DNA of 64,000 nt from Zootoca vivipara (taxonomy: Eukaryota). Position 1 is the stretch's first letter, and every line of letters starts with the position of its first letter. The position numbers and the translations under genes are program-made. Under the pieces are notes generated by a model. The model was given only the letters and a program-made list of their open reading frames with translations. It did no database searches and was not told where the DNA came from. The stretch lies in assembly GCF_963506605.1 (NCBI RefSeq), contig NC_083289.1, positions 28,396,001-28,460,000 on the forward strand. The letters run 5' to 3'. This document shows, one piece after another, positions 36,901 through 48,052 of this stretch.

Positions 36901-39900
36901 AGGCTGAGTGGGGCGCCTTAAGGCACTGTCATACCCATGGGGGGCCCAAGATTCGTCCTCTGGCAGGTTTACAAGATTTAAGATTTTTCACATTTGTATC
37001 CTGCCTAAGAATTCTGGTACAACTATTTTGAAAACATCACTGGGTTAGCAAATGAAGTAACATTGTTCTTTTTTTTCACACACATTATCCCAACAAATAT
37101 TACCATGAAACATTTCCATCCAGAAGGATACAGAGCTTCTCATCATCCTGAAAGGTGAAGTAGAGATTGACAAAGAAAGGGTGATCCAGGCAAGACATTA
37201 TATCTTTCTCCCTATTCACGCACGGCACCTTGCCCTCTTTTATGATGTGGCGCTTCTCCAGAATTTTAACTTTTGAAAAGACAAATAAGTTACAACACAC
37301 TTGGGAAATACACAGTGAAGCTGCAAACTCATCTGCACTGCTTGACTATGAAGCTACACTTAGAGAGCAGCTTCCCACAACAGCAGCAGCAGCAGGCGTA
37401 ACCTAGACTTCCTTTGGCTCCATTATGAGGACAGGACATCATCCATCTAAAATCCACACCCTAATGAAGAAAGGGTTACTCACTGGCATATTCTCTGGAG
37501 GTAGACAATTCTCTGGCCAAGAAGACCTGTTAAATGGGAAATAAGAGCTGCCTTATGTTTTGCACGCAACTAAGATCCCGCAAAAGATCTCCAACCTACT
37601 GAGGGGGTGAGTGGAAAAGGGGAATTCCGCTCATTGGAGCCCAGGGCCCCAAGGGACCATTGCTCTATCCATGCCAGTTACATCGGCCAGTCTCATACAC
37701 ATTCCCAGCACTTCCTAAAGACAACATGGAGGGACTGTTCTGGCGGTTCTCCTGACTTCCTAGGGCAGGTTTTTTTTCCTGGGGGGTGGTGGAGTAGGAG
37801 TCACTGCACTGGCCTTTGCTAGAGTGCTTGGTTAGTTGAATCTGGTCCTATATGTCCAGAAGGGAAGAGGCAAACCATCATTTTGTAAGAAGTCCTAAAA
37901 TTCAGGAATCCTAAGCATCACAGGGGTGGAGAGACAAAACCTACCAATGGAACATGTGCACAACAGCAGGGGCTCAATGAGGACAGACAGAGGTGGTAAC
38001 CTCATCACACTAAAAGTCTGGTGTGAGACTGCAGGAGCCACAAGAGGACAAAAAGCATCATAACAGCCAACAGCTGTGAACATTATTTCTCTGACCTCCT
38101 GCAGAGCCAAGTAGAACCTTCCTCTGGGCAAGCTGGTGGGCAAAGTGCTTTACAGTGGAACCTCGGTTTACGAACACCTCCGTTTACAAACGCTGTGGAC
38201 CTGGAAGTATTTACATCTGGGTTCCGCGGCGTCAGATGCGCAGAAGCGATCTGCGCAGCGTGTGCGCAAAAACGCTCTATCGGCGCTTCGCGCACGTGCA
38301 GAAACGTACCTTCGACGAGCAAACACCTCCGCGAGCGAACGTCTCCGCAGAACGGATTGCATTCGCAAATCGAGGTACCACTGTACCTAGAGAATGCTAA
38401 GTGGGGAGGGGAGAGGGGGGAGAACTGTCTGAATGATACACAAAGGCCAAATGGCTGGCTTCTGCCATGACACTCCCAGAACTCACAGTTGCAGTAGATA
38501 CTCACTGTTGAGAAAGACCCTTCACCCAGAATCTTGACAAAGTTAAAGTCCTCTGGGCGTTTCTTTCGAGGCTGTGGAGGTTGCTGCAAGGATTTTTCAC
38601 TTCCCCTTGGCTCAGCCGTTGTGCCCTCCATGCTCAGTCCCTGCCTGCTGCCACAGGGAGCAGCAACAGGTGAAGGGCTGGGATCTGCCTGGTTCCTCAC
38701 CATTGATGGTGATGGGCAGGAACATAAAACCACGCTGGACTGGATTGGAACAGCATCATACTGAAGGAAAGAAAAAGAATGTACATGATGTGGCAGCTTG
38801 CAGTCTATTAGCCACACATCCCCGTATACAAGTTGGAAATATGCAAAAGTTCAGGAGTACTGCTCCCCACAAATAAGGGGGGGGCTACAGGTACCTACTG
38901 GTGATCATGGCAGCTATGCTACATTGCCGTGATCCCATAGATCAAGCATGTACAAAACACACAAAAATGGCCACCTCATGACTTGAATTTCAAGAGTCAA
39001 GAGTTGCCACCTTACTACTTCACAAATGATTACTATTAATTAAGACACCCTTCACCCTAAGGTCCCAGCATATACTTGAATCTATAAAAGCCAAAGTCTT
39101 TCAGATCACAGCACGTCTGCAGAGATCTGAAGGCTAAAGGAATCAAACCCACAAAGTTCGGTAGCTGCCTGAAGAACTTGGCAAGTCAGGCATCCAATTA
39201 GCTAGAGAGAAACTGAAACAGTCTAAAACCATTTGGTGTTTTAATATTTGACACGCAAACCAGTGAAAAGAGAAGCTTACTCAAATGAAATAATAATTCT
39301 GCAATTCATAGCTTAAAAATATTCTTACATAACCAGACACTCAAGATGGGACCTTCTGCATGCAAAGCAGGTGCACTACCTACTAACTTACAATTCCTCC
39401 ACTATTTTATTACAGTGTGCTCGTATGACCTCTGGTCATTCTGTCATCTTACAGTAGAATAGTAGCCTCCAAACTACATTCTAATAAGAATTATGAGAAA
39501 CAGTAAATGTTTTTGACTGGAAGCTTAGCATATTGAAGACTGCTATAGTGAATGTATGGAATTGTGTTTCACTGATTGCTTGGTGCCTGTTTTTTCATTG
39601 AAACACAGGAAACTACTGATACCAAGTCAGGCTAATTGGTCCATCTAATTCAGTATTGTTTACATTGAGAGGTATTTCAAATATCCAAAGTCAAGCAGCT
39701 TCCCCATTTATATCAGGAAGCTTTTCATTATCAACAATTTCCTTTCAGACTTTCCTTTAGACTCTTAACTTTAAGGAAATTAAATGAATGATTAATTCTT
39801 TCCTTCCTTCAGTGCTGCTATTTCTTCAGGTGAGAGAGGTTTATAAGATGTCAAGGCTCCTCAGAAAACCCAAGTTTCCACATCAGACTGGCTGAAACAT

Positions 39901-42669
39901 TCCTATCCATTTGACATCGCCATTTCAATTTCCTCTGAACAGCTTATCAAAGTCTGCCATCTAGGTCTGAATCCAGTTTCAGAGTAAAAATAGTGTTCCA
40001 GATTGAATAAATGAGCTAACTTATAATGGGCCATGGCTTTAATGGCTGCCTTATTATGTCCCACTTGCTCTTGCCAATGCCAAATAAAAGTACCAAGGCC
40101 AGGTATGTGTGGGTTTCAAAGTGTTATAAAAATCATGCTGACACACAGTGAATAGAAATACTATTGCCTAGATGGCAGTTCCTCAACTTATGTAGCTTAT
40201 TACTTCTAACATGATTTTAAAAATGAACACACCCTTGTTACACTTACCCAGCAACTGAAATTTTATGCTGGTTTCAACCCCCATCTGAATTTTGAGTCCA
40301 GCCCATGTTTTTCATTAAGTGTCAAATGCTATATATCAGCAACAGACCACAGATAAAAAGCATCAATATGGCATGAAGCTGCTTTTAATTAACTACTGTT
40401 GCTTTTATTAATCACTTCTGTTTTAACTGTTTTGTTTAGTTTTAAGAGGTTTAATGTGATTTTAATGGGATGATTATTTTATTATGCTTTATCTTTAGAA
40501 CAATTGTGCTCCAAGAGAAAATATACACAGCAGATAATTAAAAATCAACATAATAAAGAATCTCCAGCTCTCTCAGGAGTCACAGCATGTGGTTGACTTG
40601 CCCAGGCAATGAGTTCTGTAGCTGGATAGATGGTATATAATTCAGCAGCTGCTGCCACTGCATACATCCAGCCTTGAGAAGTCTAGGATCAACAGTGAAA
40701 TGCAAGTTTGTTTTGTTGCAGAATGATAACATTTTGGCAAGTGCAGTATTTTATGCTCACAGCAAAGAGCAGGCAAACTGCCCCCTGATAATTAATTGCA
40801 AATACATTGCCATGCCCTGGCAATATACAATGGAGCTTCTTCTTCAGTATGGAACTTAACAGTTTGTGAACAGGGCCTACAAATTTCAAGGCAGAGCAAT
40901 CCCTGGACTCAGAATACCCACCATGTGGGATGCTAAAATCCAAGAAGCTAAGACACCCTTCCTCAACCTAGTGCCCTTCTGATGCATTGGACTATGATTT
41001 CAGCACAGCCATGCTGGGTGCAGCTAATAGGAATTGTAATAAAAATATGTGGAGGGTATCAGGCTCAGGAAGTTTGATCTAGTATGGTGTTACATCTGCC
41101 TGTGTCTGGGGAACACAGGATAAGCAAGTGTACACTCACTGCACACAATACATGATGCTAGGCAGATGCACACACAAACTGCACAAGAAATCTGGAATCA
41201 TTTTCACTTTTAAGTCATTCTACAGTACTAAGAAAAGTCAAGTAAGCTGATGAAAGTGCAAACGACACAGGCACACCTGTGACACCTTGCTACACACCTG
41301 TTTGAAGTCTGAAGGTGGCATAAGGTCACACAAGTCTGCAGAAAAGGCCATAAGTGTTATAGAACTTGTAGTTTGCATGTATAAAAATGCCAGGCTCTGT
41401 TCCATTCAGACTGAACTACTGTTGCCCAGCTCACGGAATTATTGGTTGGATGAGTCATTGATTTGATTCAATACAAGGCGGAGTCTTCTATGCCTCCTAT
41501 GGCATATGTACTCATGGCTGGCATTTGCATTTTTAATCCTGCTGATAGCAAGGGGTCATATGAAAACAACATCTACACTACCTCAAACACAAGTGACATA
41601 ATGTGAGGACTGGGTAGCTGCCTGTCCTGTGCCAGTTTTCACCAGCTGATATGTATTTGTAAGTAAGCGGGAATAGGTTGGAGTTGGTGCCACAGAACAA
41701 TGGGCACTTTTTACTAAATGACACATGAACAGCCATGACAGTGGCCAACTGTGTTAATGAAACTACTGGGAAGAACAGCAATTACTCAAGAACTTTAAAT
41801 CAGGATTTGAAACGAATTTGAAGTAAAACAGGCTGAAAACGAATGTCTCTGACAACAAGCAGAAAGAAATAAAGAATTCGCTCTACAGCAGCACCTCCTG
41901 AGGGCTGAGCGTATTAGATCTCACCTCAGCTGTGAATCAACTGGGCATCCTTTGCATGACATCTGCCTTACAGAATCACTCCTTTAATATATAAGAAGTT
42001 TCTTTGACCACTGGAAGATTCAGCTTTTCAATCGCTCAGGACTAGCACGGCCCCCAAAACGGTGGGCCAAGGCGACACACTGCTCTACCGCTAAAGCTAA
42101 GCCCGGAATGTGGCCGAAATCGCAGCCTCCGTATCGCCCGCGACAGTCGGAAGCCCCAACACCCAATGCACACCGGAAGGCGAGCTGCCCTCTCCGTTGC
42201 CGGCGGGGGAAGGAGGTGAAATTCCGAGGGCAAATGGGCGCGCCCCTCCCCGCCTAAGTGGGGCATTCACTTCACGGGGAACCCCGCGCCGCCACGCAAA
42301 ACAAGGGAGGCTCTAACCGAGGCCTGCCTGCCTGCCTGCCAGTCCAGGTAAGATGACAGGAGGCCAAACACCAGGGGGGAGCTCAGGCCCGGCCGGCTCC
42401 TCCGCAGCTTTCGCTTCCGCGCTGTAGCCTGGGCCCCGCCCCTCTCCGGCCAGGATCCCAGGCTGACCCCGAGGCGCCTGCAGAGCCCCTGGCCGAGGAG
42501 ATCCAGGGACGGGGAGCGGCGAACCCCACCTTCCCTCCGCCAGAGGTTCCGCTCGCGCCGCGGCCTCCCGGAAGGCAGCGCAGGCCAAGCGGCCGCTCCT
42601 CTCCTCCCCTCGCCCCTTCCCCGCCGACTCCCGCGCGGAGCTTACCAGGGGGCTGCCGGTGCTGGCCAT
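27870..42669 (-). CDS. PDPK1: PDPK1 (PDK1), 3-phosphoinositide-dependent protein kinase 1; 14 coding exons, 553 aa
   Basis: Exons 42669-42646, 38760-38506, 37526-37484, 37269-37132, 36000-35856, 35197-35100, 34640-34565, 33280-33212, 33062-32966, 32073-31900, 30525-30302, 29873-29816, 28607-28455, 27977-27870; sum 1662 nt, open frame. Kinase motifs GEGSFS, AIK, HRDLKPEN, DFG, ANSFVGT, plus the PH domain. Confidence 0.97.
28455..28607 (-). CDS. PDPK1: PDPK1 exon 13
   Basis: 153 nt, [25 protein letters not shown]...FFVHT. Confidence 0.95.
29206..29572 (+). mobile_element. Sauria-type tRNA-derived SINE, full length
   Basis: A/B boxes (GTGGCGCTGTGG, GGTTCGAATCC), ACCTTT tail, TSD TTACCTAATTA (29195-29205 / 29573-29583). 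Confidence 0.9.
29816..29873 (-). CDS. PDPK1: PDPK1 exon 12
   Basis: 58 nt, [19 protein letters not shown]. Confidence 0.95.
30302..30525 (-). CDS. PDPK1: PDPK1 exon 11
   Basis: 224 nt, [14 protein letters not shown]...KQAGGNPW. Confidence 0.95.
30858..31021. mobile_element. Mariner-type MITE
   Basis: TIR C(T/C)GTATTTTCC.TGTATAA; TA flanks; sister copy 54433-54598. Confidence 0.7.
31900..32073 (-). CDS. PDPK1: PDPK1 exon 10
   Basis: 174 nt, [27 protein letters not shown]...DEDCYGN. Confidence 0.95.
32966..33062 (-). CDS. PDPK1: PDPK1 exon 9
   Basis: 97 nt, [32 protein letters not shown]. Confidence 0.95.
33212..33280 (-). CDS. PDPK1: PDPK1 exon 8
   Basis: 69 nt, [24 protein letters not shown]. 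Confidence 0.94.
33633..34146. mobile_element. hAT-like non-autonomous element with internal palindrome
   Basis: Ends TAGGGCTGAGCGATAT / ATATCGCCCAGGCCTA; 8-bp TSD-like GATCCCAA/GATCCGAA. Confidence 0.65.
34565..34640 (-). CDS. PDPK1: PDPK1 exon 7
   Basis: 76 nt, [25 protein letters not shown]. Confidence 0.95.
35100..35197 (-). CDS. PDPK1: PDPK1 exon 6
   Basis: 98 nt, [32 protein letters not shown]. Confidence 0.95.
35856..36000 (-). CDS. PDPK1: PDPK1 exon 5
   Basis: 145 nt, [49 protein letters not shown]. Confidence 0.95.
36001..37131 (-). other. U12-type (minor spliceosome) GT-AG intron 4 of PDPK1
   Basis: 5' splice site GTATCCTT. Branch point TCTTTAAC lies ~10 nt upstream of the AG, with no polypyrimidine tract. 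Confidence 0.9.
36137..36624. mobile_element. Tc1/mariner-type non-autonomous element inside the PDPK1 U12 intron
   Basis: TIR CCGTATTGGCC(C/T)GAATATAAG; TA TSD; internal inverted sub-repeats. Confidence 0.82.
37132..37269 (-). CDS. PDPK1: PDPK1 exon 4
   Basis: 138 nt, [46 protein letters not shown]; followed by U12 donor GTATCCTT. Confidence 0.94.
37484..37526 (-). CDS. PDPK1: PDPK1 exon 3
   Basis: 43 nt, [14 protein letters not shown]. Confidence 0.93.
38153..38383. mobile_element. Tigger/pogo-like MITE, CpG-rich (young)
   Basis: TIR CAGTGG(A/T)ACCTCG; TA TSD. Confidence 0.82.
38506..38760 (-). CDS. PDPK1: PDPK1 exon 2
   Basis: [22 protein letters not shown]...[20 protein letters not shown]. 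Confidence 0.95.
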
Positions 42670-43330
42670 GGGCACGGGCTGCTCGTCCGTCTGCCCGCCC
42701 TCCGAACGAGGGAACGACTCGGCCGCGCTCCAACCAGAGTCCGACCCAATGGGACGCCCGCGTCCTCCGTGAATGACGTCGGCCACAACAATGCCCTCTT
42801 CCGCTAGGGGAGGGCGGGACTTCCGCCCGCCTCCCTTCAGCACTGGATGGGCACCGAGGCACTCAGCCACGTCTCGCCGGCTCACGCGAGACTGTGTTGC
42901 GCTTGCGCCAAAGAAGCCGGGCGGAGGGAGGGGGGCGAGTAGAAAGAGGAGCAGGTCAGCTGACCAGCCGGCTCCGCGGGAAGCGGGAGTGAAGCAGTGC
43001 GCCACGCCCACTCGTTTTACCCACAATGCGTCTGGTTCGCCTCCAACCTACGTTCCTGTGATGCACCACGCCCCCCTTTCGACGGTGGCAAACCGAAGGG
43101 GGAGAGCTGTTCGGTAGAGAGGCACCCCGCTCAGGAGCAGTCTGCCCGGGCACGCCTCCCTCGGAGGACCCGGAGCCAGCTGGCCTGTTGGCTTCCTTCA
43201 TCCCTTTGGCTCGGCTGGAGCTCGGGAAGCCGGAGGGCGGCGAAGAGGCTTGCCGGCCCGGGACTCGACTTCTCCGTCTCCTCTCTTCCTGGCTCAGCAG
43301 CGAGGAGACCCTCCTGCTGCTGTCGCTGTT
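42040..43330 (-). promoter_or_regulatory. PDPK1 CpG island promoter
   Basis: CpG-rich stretch spanning exon 1. CRE-like TGACGTC 42774-42780, CCAAT ~42746, GC boxes and ETS-like ACTTCCG ~42810-42830. Confidence 0.8.
42646..42669 (-). CDS. PDPK1: PDPK1 exon 1
   Basis: MASTGSPL|GTAAG, 24 nt, in a CpG island. Confidence 0.85.
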
Positions 43331-43720
43331 CTTACTCTCACAAAAATAGTGCAAGAGCCCCTGAGTCCACCACCCTTCAATATAAATATTCTCAGGGCTA
43401 CTGGCACCAATAGAAAGCATCAAATATAACAAGATACTGTAATATTAATTTCATCTCCTCATTCCACAAAGATCTCATTGCAATTTATATAATTACAGGA
43501 AAAGTATGCAGCAGAGGTTTCCAAACATTTCATGTTGGTGACACACTTTTTAGACAAGCATCATTTTGCAACACAAATCATTTGATAACAAACCGGAGGT
43601 TAAACTAACCCCTTTCCAGCTCGGGGAACAGCCCAGGGACTGTTCGCACAACACACACTGCAGCTGTTGTAAACAAAATCTGCCCTTATTCCCTTACAGG
43701 GTATACAAGAGCCCTTATAG

Positions 43721-44113
43721 CAGGGGTAGGCAACCTAAGGCCTGTGGGCCGGAAGCTGCCCAATCACCTCAATCTGGCCCGCGGACGGTCCGGGAATCAG
43801 CGTGTTTTTACATGAGTAGAATGGGTCCTTTTATTTAAAATGCATCTCTGGGTTATTTGTGGGGCGTAGGAATTTGTTCATATTTTTTCCCCAAAAATAT
43901 AGTCCAGCCCACCACATGGTCTGAGGCAGGCATCCCCAAACTTCGGCCCTCCAGATGTTTTGGACTATAATTCCCATCTTCCCCAACCACTGGTCCTGTT
44001 AGCTAGGGATCATGTGAGTTGTAGGCCAAAACATCTGGAGGGCCACAGTTTGGGGATGTCTGGTCTGAGGGACAGTGGACTGGCCCACAGCTGAAAAAGG
44101 TTGTTGACCCCTG
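43721..44113. mobile_element. Non-autonomous hAT element hosting the MITE
   Basis: TIR CAGGGGTAGGCAACC / GGTTGTTGACCCCTG; perfect TSD CCTTATAG. Confidence 0.85.
43927..44062. mobile_element. 136-bp hAT MITE nested in another hAT element
   Basis: Perfect TSD GTCTGAGG on both sides. Confidence 0.88.
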
Positions 44114-45472
44114 CCTTATAGAGTCCTTTGTAGGTTCTCCATCAGTAGGAGAAAATAACAGAGGCCAACAAGAGAATATTGAGAAGCAAAGCAGCTAGTA
44201 AGCCTCATCTTTATTGAACTAACAGGCAGGAGAAAGAAGGACCCAGAACAAAGGTGTGCCTGCCCTTATATAAATTGCCCACCCTGGAGTCCAAGACCAC
44301 CCCCAGAAACCTCATACATACATAGATCACAGAAGGGGTGTAGCCCAAGACCACCACCCAGATACATCATACCTACATCACAGAAAAGGCGGTCTACAAC
44401 AAATTTGAATGTTGTTGTTTTTCCTGTCTGCCAGGCTATCTGATAATGCCTTATCTGATTGCCTTTTCTGGTAGTCTGTGTTAGGATTTTTATCTATCCG
44501 AGCTTCTCCAGCGAGGGGTACTATGATTTGTGGATGTCATAGTGCCAAGTGGGTATCCTTGGGAGGGGCACTCCTGAAAATACCCTTTCTCCTGTACTGG
44601 AGGGGGAACTCTGAAGAGAAGAGCCTGGCTTTCAGATTAGATATATGATCCATCTAGTCCAGTCTGCTGTGTTCACAAAAGCCAATCGGATGCCCCAAAG
44701 CAAAGTTCTCAAGCAGGACCCTGGTGTACCAGCCCACCTGCAGTTTCTAGCAGCTGGTGCTATTCAGAAGCATACACCCACTGGCCATGCCAGCAGTGAT
44801 CCAATAGGAGAGCACATGGAATAGGTTTGGGTTGAGAGCCACTTCTTTCTCCTCAGCTTCTTTCTCTGCTCTCCAGCATTAAAAGGCCATACTGTATACT
44901 GTAATGGGTATGGAGGCAGGCAGGAACCAGACACAAACAGTTACTTCCTTTAAACTTCTGTAATTTCAAGAATGTACTACCAGCAGATGTCGCCTTTTGT
45001 ACAGGCTGCTTACTGGATGCATTTCTAACTTCAATGAATAGTCATCCCACATTCAAAAAGAAGTTCACTAGGGCACTTTGAAGGGGATGGGATGTCCAAA
45101 GTGGATTCAAGAGGTTCTCTAGTTGGATTTCTTAGTGGGCATCATTGTCAAAGCCACAAACACAGCCCCTGTGCCAGACTCCAAGCTAAAGTGAAGATCT
45201 AGAAAACATTCAGTCTCTGGTACATTAGTAACTTGAGGGAAGGGGGCACTCCTTCCCCAGGAAATAAAGTTTGATAACAATGATAGCCAGCCATTTCCTT
45301 TCTCCTTGGATGTGAATGCCTGATCCTCTCCCCCTGCCCACACACATCCTGTCCTGAAACTATGCCACCCCGTTCTCTGTGGGCATCGTCCATGCAGTGA
45401 AAGAGTATAGATGTTGTAGGGTGGTACAGGGCTGAAAGATGGTCATATTTCACTATAGCTGAGGGTCCAGTG

Positions 45473-45608
45473 CAGGCACCCCCAAACTTCAGCCCTCCAG
45501 ATGTTTTGGACTACAATTCCCGTCTTCCCCGACCACTGGTCCTGTTAGCTAGGGATCATGGGAGTTGCAGGCCAAAACATCTGGAGGGCTGCAGTCTGGG
45601 GATGCCTG
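45473..45608. mobile_element. 136-bp hAT MITE
   Basis: Same family as 14069-14204; TSD not preserved. Confidence 0.8.
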
Positions 45609-46579
45609 AGCTAGAGATAGAACACAGGTCCTACGGGTGTGAACCTGGAAGTCATTGATTCAACTCTCAACTCAGCCATCTTCTCATGGCAGGAGAACAT
45701 CTAACTGGTTTTTCTGGCCTTTTCTGCCTTTTGGTTTTCTGACCCCAGAGGGTATGAGGCTCTAGTCTACGGATGTCTGCACTCATGAGATAGCCTGGGC
45801 TGTACTTTCAAAACAATTAACCAGCTTAGATCTTTGCATGTGATTTGAACATATCTTTCTTGAAAATGCTGAGCAGAGCAGATCGGAGCTTCTGAGTAGA
45901 GCTCTGATTGGCACTGATTAGCATCTGTGGCTGTATCACATGCCAGGAAGGGATGGGGTTGAGTGAGGCAGGCATCTGCTCAAGGCTGCCAGGTGCTGAG
46001 CTAAGGTGAGGAGAAGGTGTTTGGCGTTCATTGGGTTAGAAATCTCTCAGTATCTTACCCTCCTACTATCCTTGCTCCCCAACTTGGGAAGAGTTATTGA
46101 GCTGGATGAAGAAGGTCTAAGAGAAAGGAAGCACAGTTGCCAAAGGCTGGTCGGCTCTCTCCCCCTCCCCCAACCTCCAGCAAAAGACTTGCATGATGCT
46201 GCTTGCATTTGCCTGAGGCAATATTATCATTGCACCTGGGGGTGCTTTCAGCGCTGATCTACTGATTGCTGCCCTCCCTCACAGCAGCATGGAAGAGGTC
46301 TGCAGAGATGTGTGTTGCTGCTGCCACTGCTGCTGCACCGCACAGATAATAAAACATCCTTCCTGGCAGCAGTCATGGAAGATAAACAGCCCCAGCAGTT
46401 GGCCACTCTCACACTGGAGGCAACACAATCTAATTTAGGCTGATACCGGTAGTACCTGTTGTGAAACCCCTCCCACCTGGGAAAGACATGGCCAAGACTA
46501 GCCAGTTCCTCATACCAGATCAATAGCAATTCGGTGGGGGTGGGGTGGGGTGGGGTGAGTGTTTTTCCTCTGACCTCCA

Positions 46580-46785
46580 TGGGAATGGAGCCGAGCTGAC
46601 GGAGGTAGTCTTGAGTGTGGTATTGGAGAATCCCTTCATGGCAGTTTGGGCGGCTTCAATGTCCATGCTGAGGCTGTCTCAGATGGGCCAGCCTAGGACT
46701 TCATGGCCCATATGATAACCACGAAGCTGTCTCAGCACATCACTGGGCCAGCACATATGGCTGGGGGTGGGCTTCACACGCTGTA
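46580..46785 (+). mobile_element. L2 ORF2 endonuclease fragment
   Basis: Degenerate translation ELTEVVLSVVLENP...GGFNVHAEA...DFMAHM.T..LSQHITGPAH.AG resembles the L2 APE domain. Confidence 0.55.
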
Positions 46786-47515
46786 AGCGGAGTGTGGGGT
46801 GGGGGCTTATTGTGAATCCATCATCACCGACAGAACATTCCCTGGTGAGGTTTGGGCAGAAGGCAGCTACTGCATGCTGCAGTGCTGGAGGAACTCGAGA
46901 TGGACAGCCTTCAGAGGCCAATGGAATCTGATGGATGCTTGAATTCTCTGGGGGATTTGCAGATATTAACACACACACACACCCCGCAATACAAGAAACT
47001 GCACCGAGAGCTGTTTCAAGGATACAGCTCGACCCTCCCTAGCTCCTTGATCTTCTTGCCTTGTGTTGTGGGTGGCAGCTAACAGGCCCAGCAGCTTCAG
47101 ATGCCCAGGAAGGCTGGGCCTGTGATCCACTACCCCATCACCTTTCCCAAGGGGTGGCAGTAGCAGCAGAAGCACTGCAGGGTTCTGGTGGGGGACAGGG
47201 AGCAGAGAACGCAAAGGGCCTCTGTTCTGAGTGTGACTTTATTGCAGTTGCAAGCAGAACTCACTGGAAAGAAGCAGGCACTACCCCCTGCCAACCCGGC
47301 TGCACATGCTCCAACTGTCAGCTCTGACTCTCCCACTGCAACACAGCTCCCAAATGTTCCCCTTGCCTCCTTCCTTCCAGGGATGCCCCCTTCCCAGCCA
47401 TCAAGTCACACTGACAGTCTTCTTGTCCAGCCCCACTGGGGAAATATCCATCCATCGAGACATCAGCCCAGCCATGGTCAGGGCAACAGGGCTCGCCTTG
47501 ATCTGTGGGTGGGGG

Positions 47516-48052
47516 TCAGACATGGCCAGTGGGGCCCAGAACAGCCTGGGGGGAGTCCTTTGCAGCCTGGCCCGGGCCCCACGCTGAGATGCTCTGCAGC
47601 AGCTGCTCAGCAGCAGGCCTGGAGCCTGGCTGGCTGTGGCCACCTCCCAAGGAGCAGTAATCATTGCTGCCAAAGAGGAGGAGAAGGGCGGGTGTCTCCG
47701 TCTCCAGTGGGCCCTGCTTTTGGAAGGTGAAGCCCCACTCGCATGGCAAAGAAGAAGAGCCCTCCTGCTCTGCTTCCCCAGAGGGAAGGGGTGCCTCTGC
47801 TTCAGGCTGCGGCTGCTTCAGGTCTCCCCCGAGGCCTCTCTGTTTGCTGGCCATATATTGATAGTCTGGCACCTCAGGCGGCGGGCAACTGCTCTCTTTG
47901 GACAGGGCCTCAGCCTCTGGCGGGGGCTGGCAGAAGGAAAGCCGGGAAATGCCTGCTGGGGGGGCATTCTCCTCCTCGCCCCCCTTGCTGTGGCCCCAGG
48001 GCATCTCCTTGTCCTCGTTGCCACCGCTCTTTTCTGCCAGGCCAACCCAGCG
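47516..48052 (-). CDS. IL9R: IL9R-like terminal cytoplasmic exon
   Basis: RWVGLAEK...DYQYM...SNDYCSLG...GHV*; AATAAA downstream at 47243-47238. Confidence 0.8.
   Translation of the reverse strand, partial: RWVGLAEKSGGNEDKEMPWGHSKGGEEENAPPAGISRLSFCQPPPEAEALSKESSCPPPEVPDYQYMASKQRGLGGDLKQPQPEAEAPLPSGEAEQEGSSSLPCEWGFTFQKQGPLETETPALLLLFGSNDYCSLGGGHSQPGSRPAAEQLLQSISAWGPGQAAKDSPQAVLGPTGHV

Noticed and set aside
42313-43432. Several 110-240 aa ORFs around the PDPK1 start
   Set aside because: CpG-island artefacts; only MASTGSPL is supported, by a splice donor and homology.
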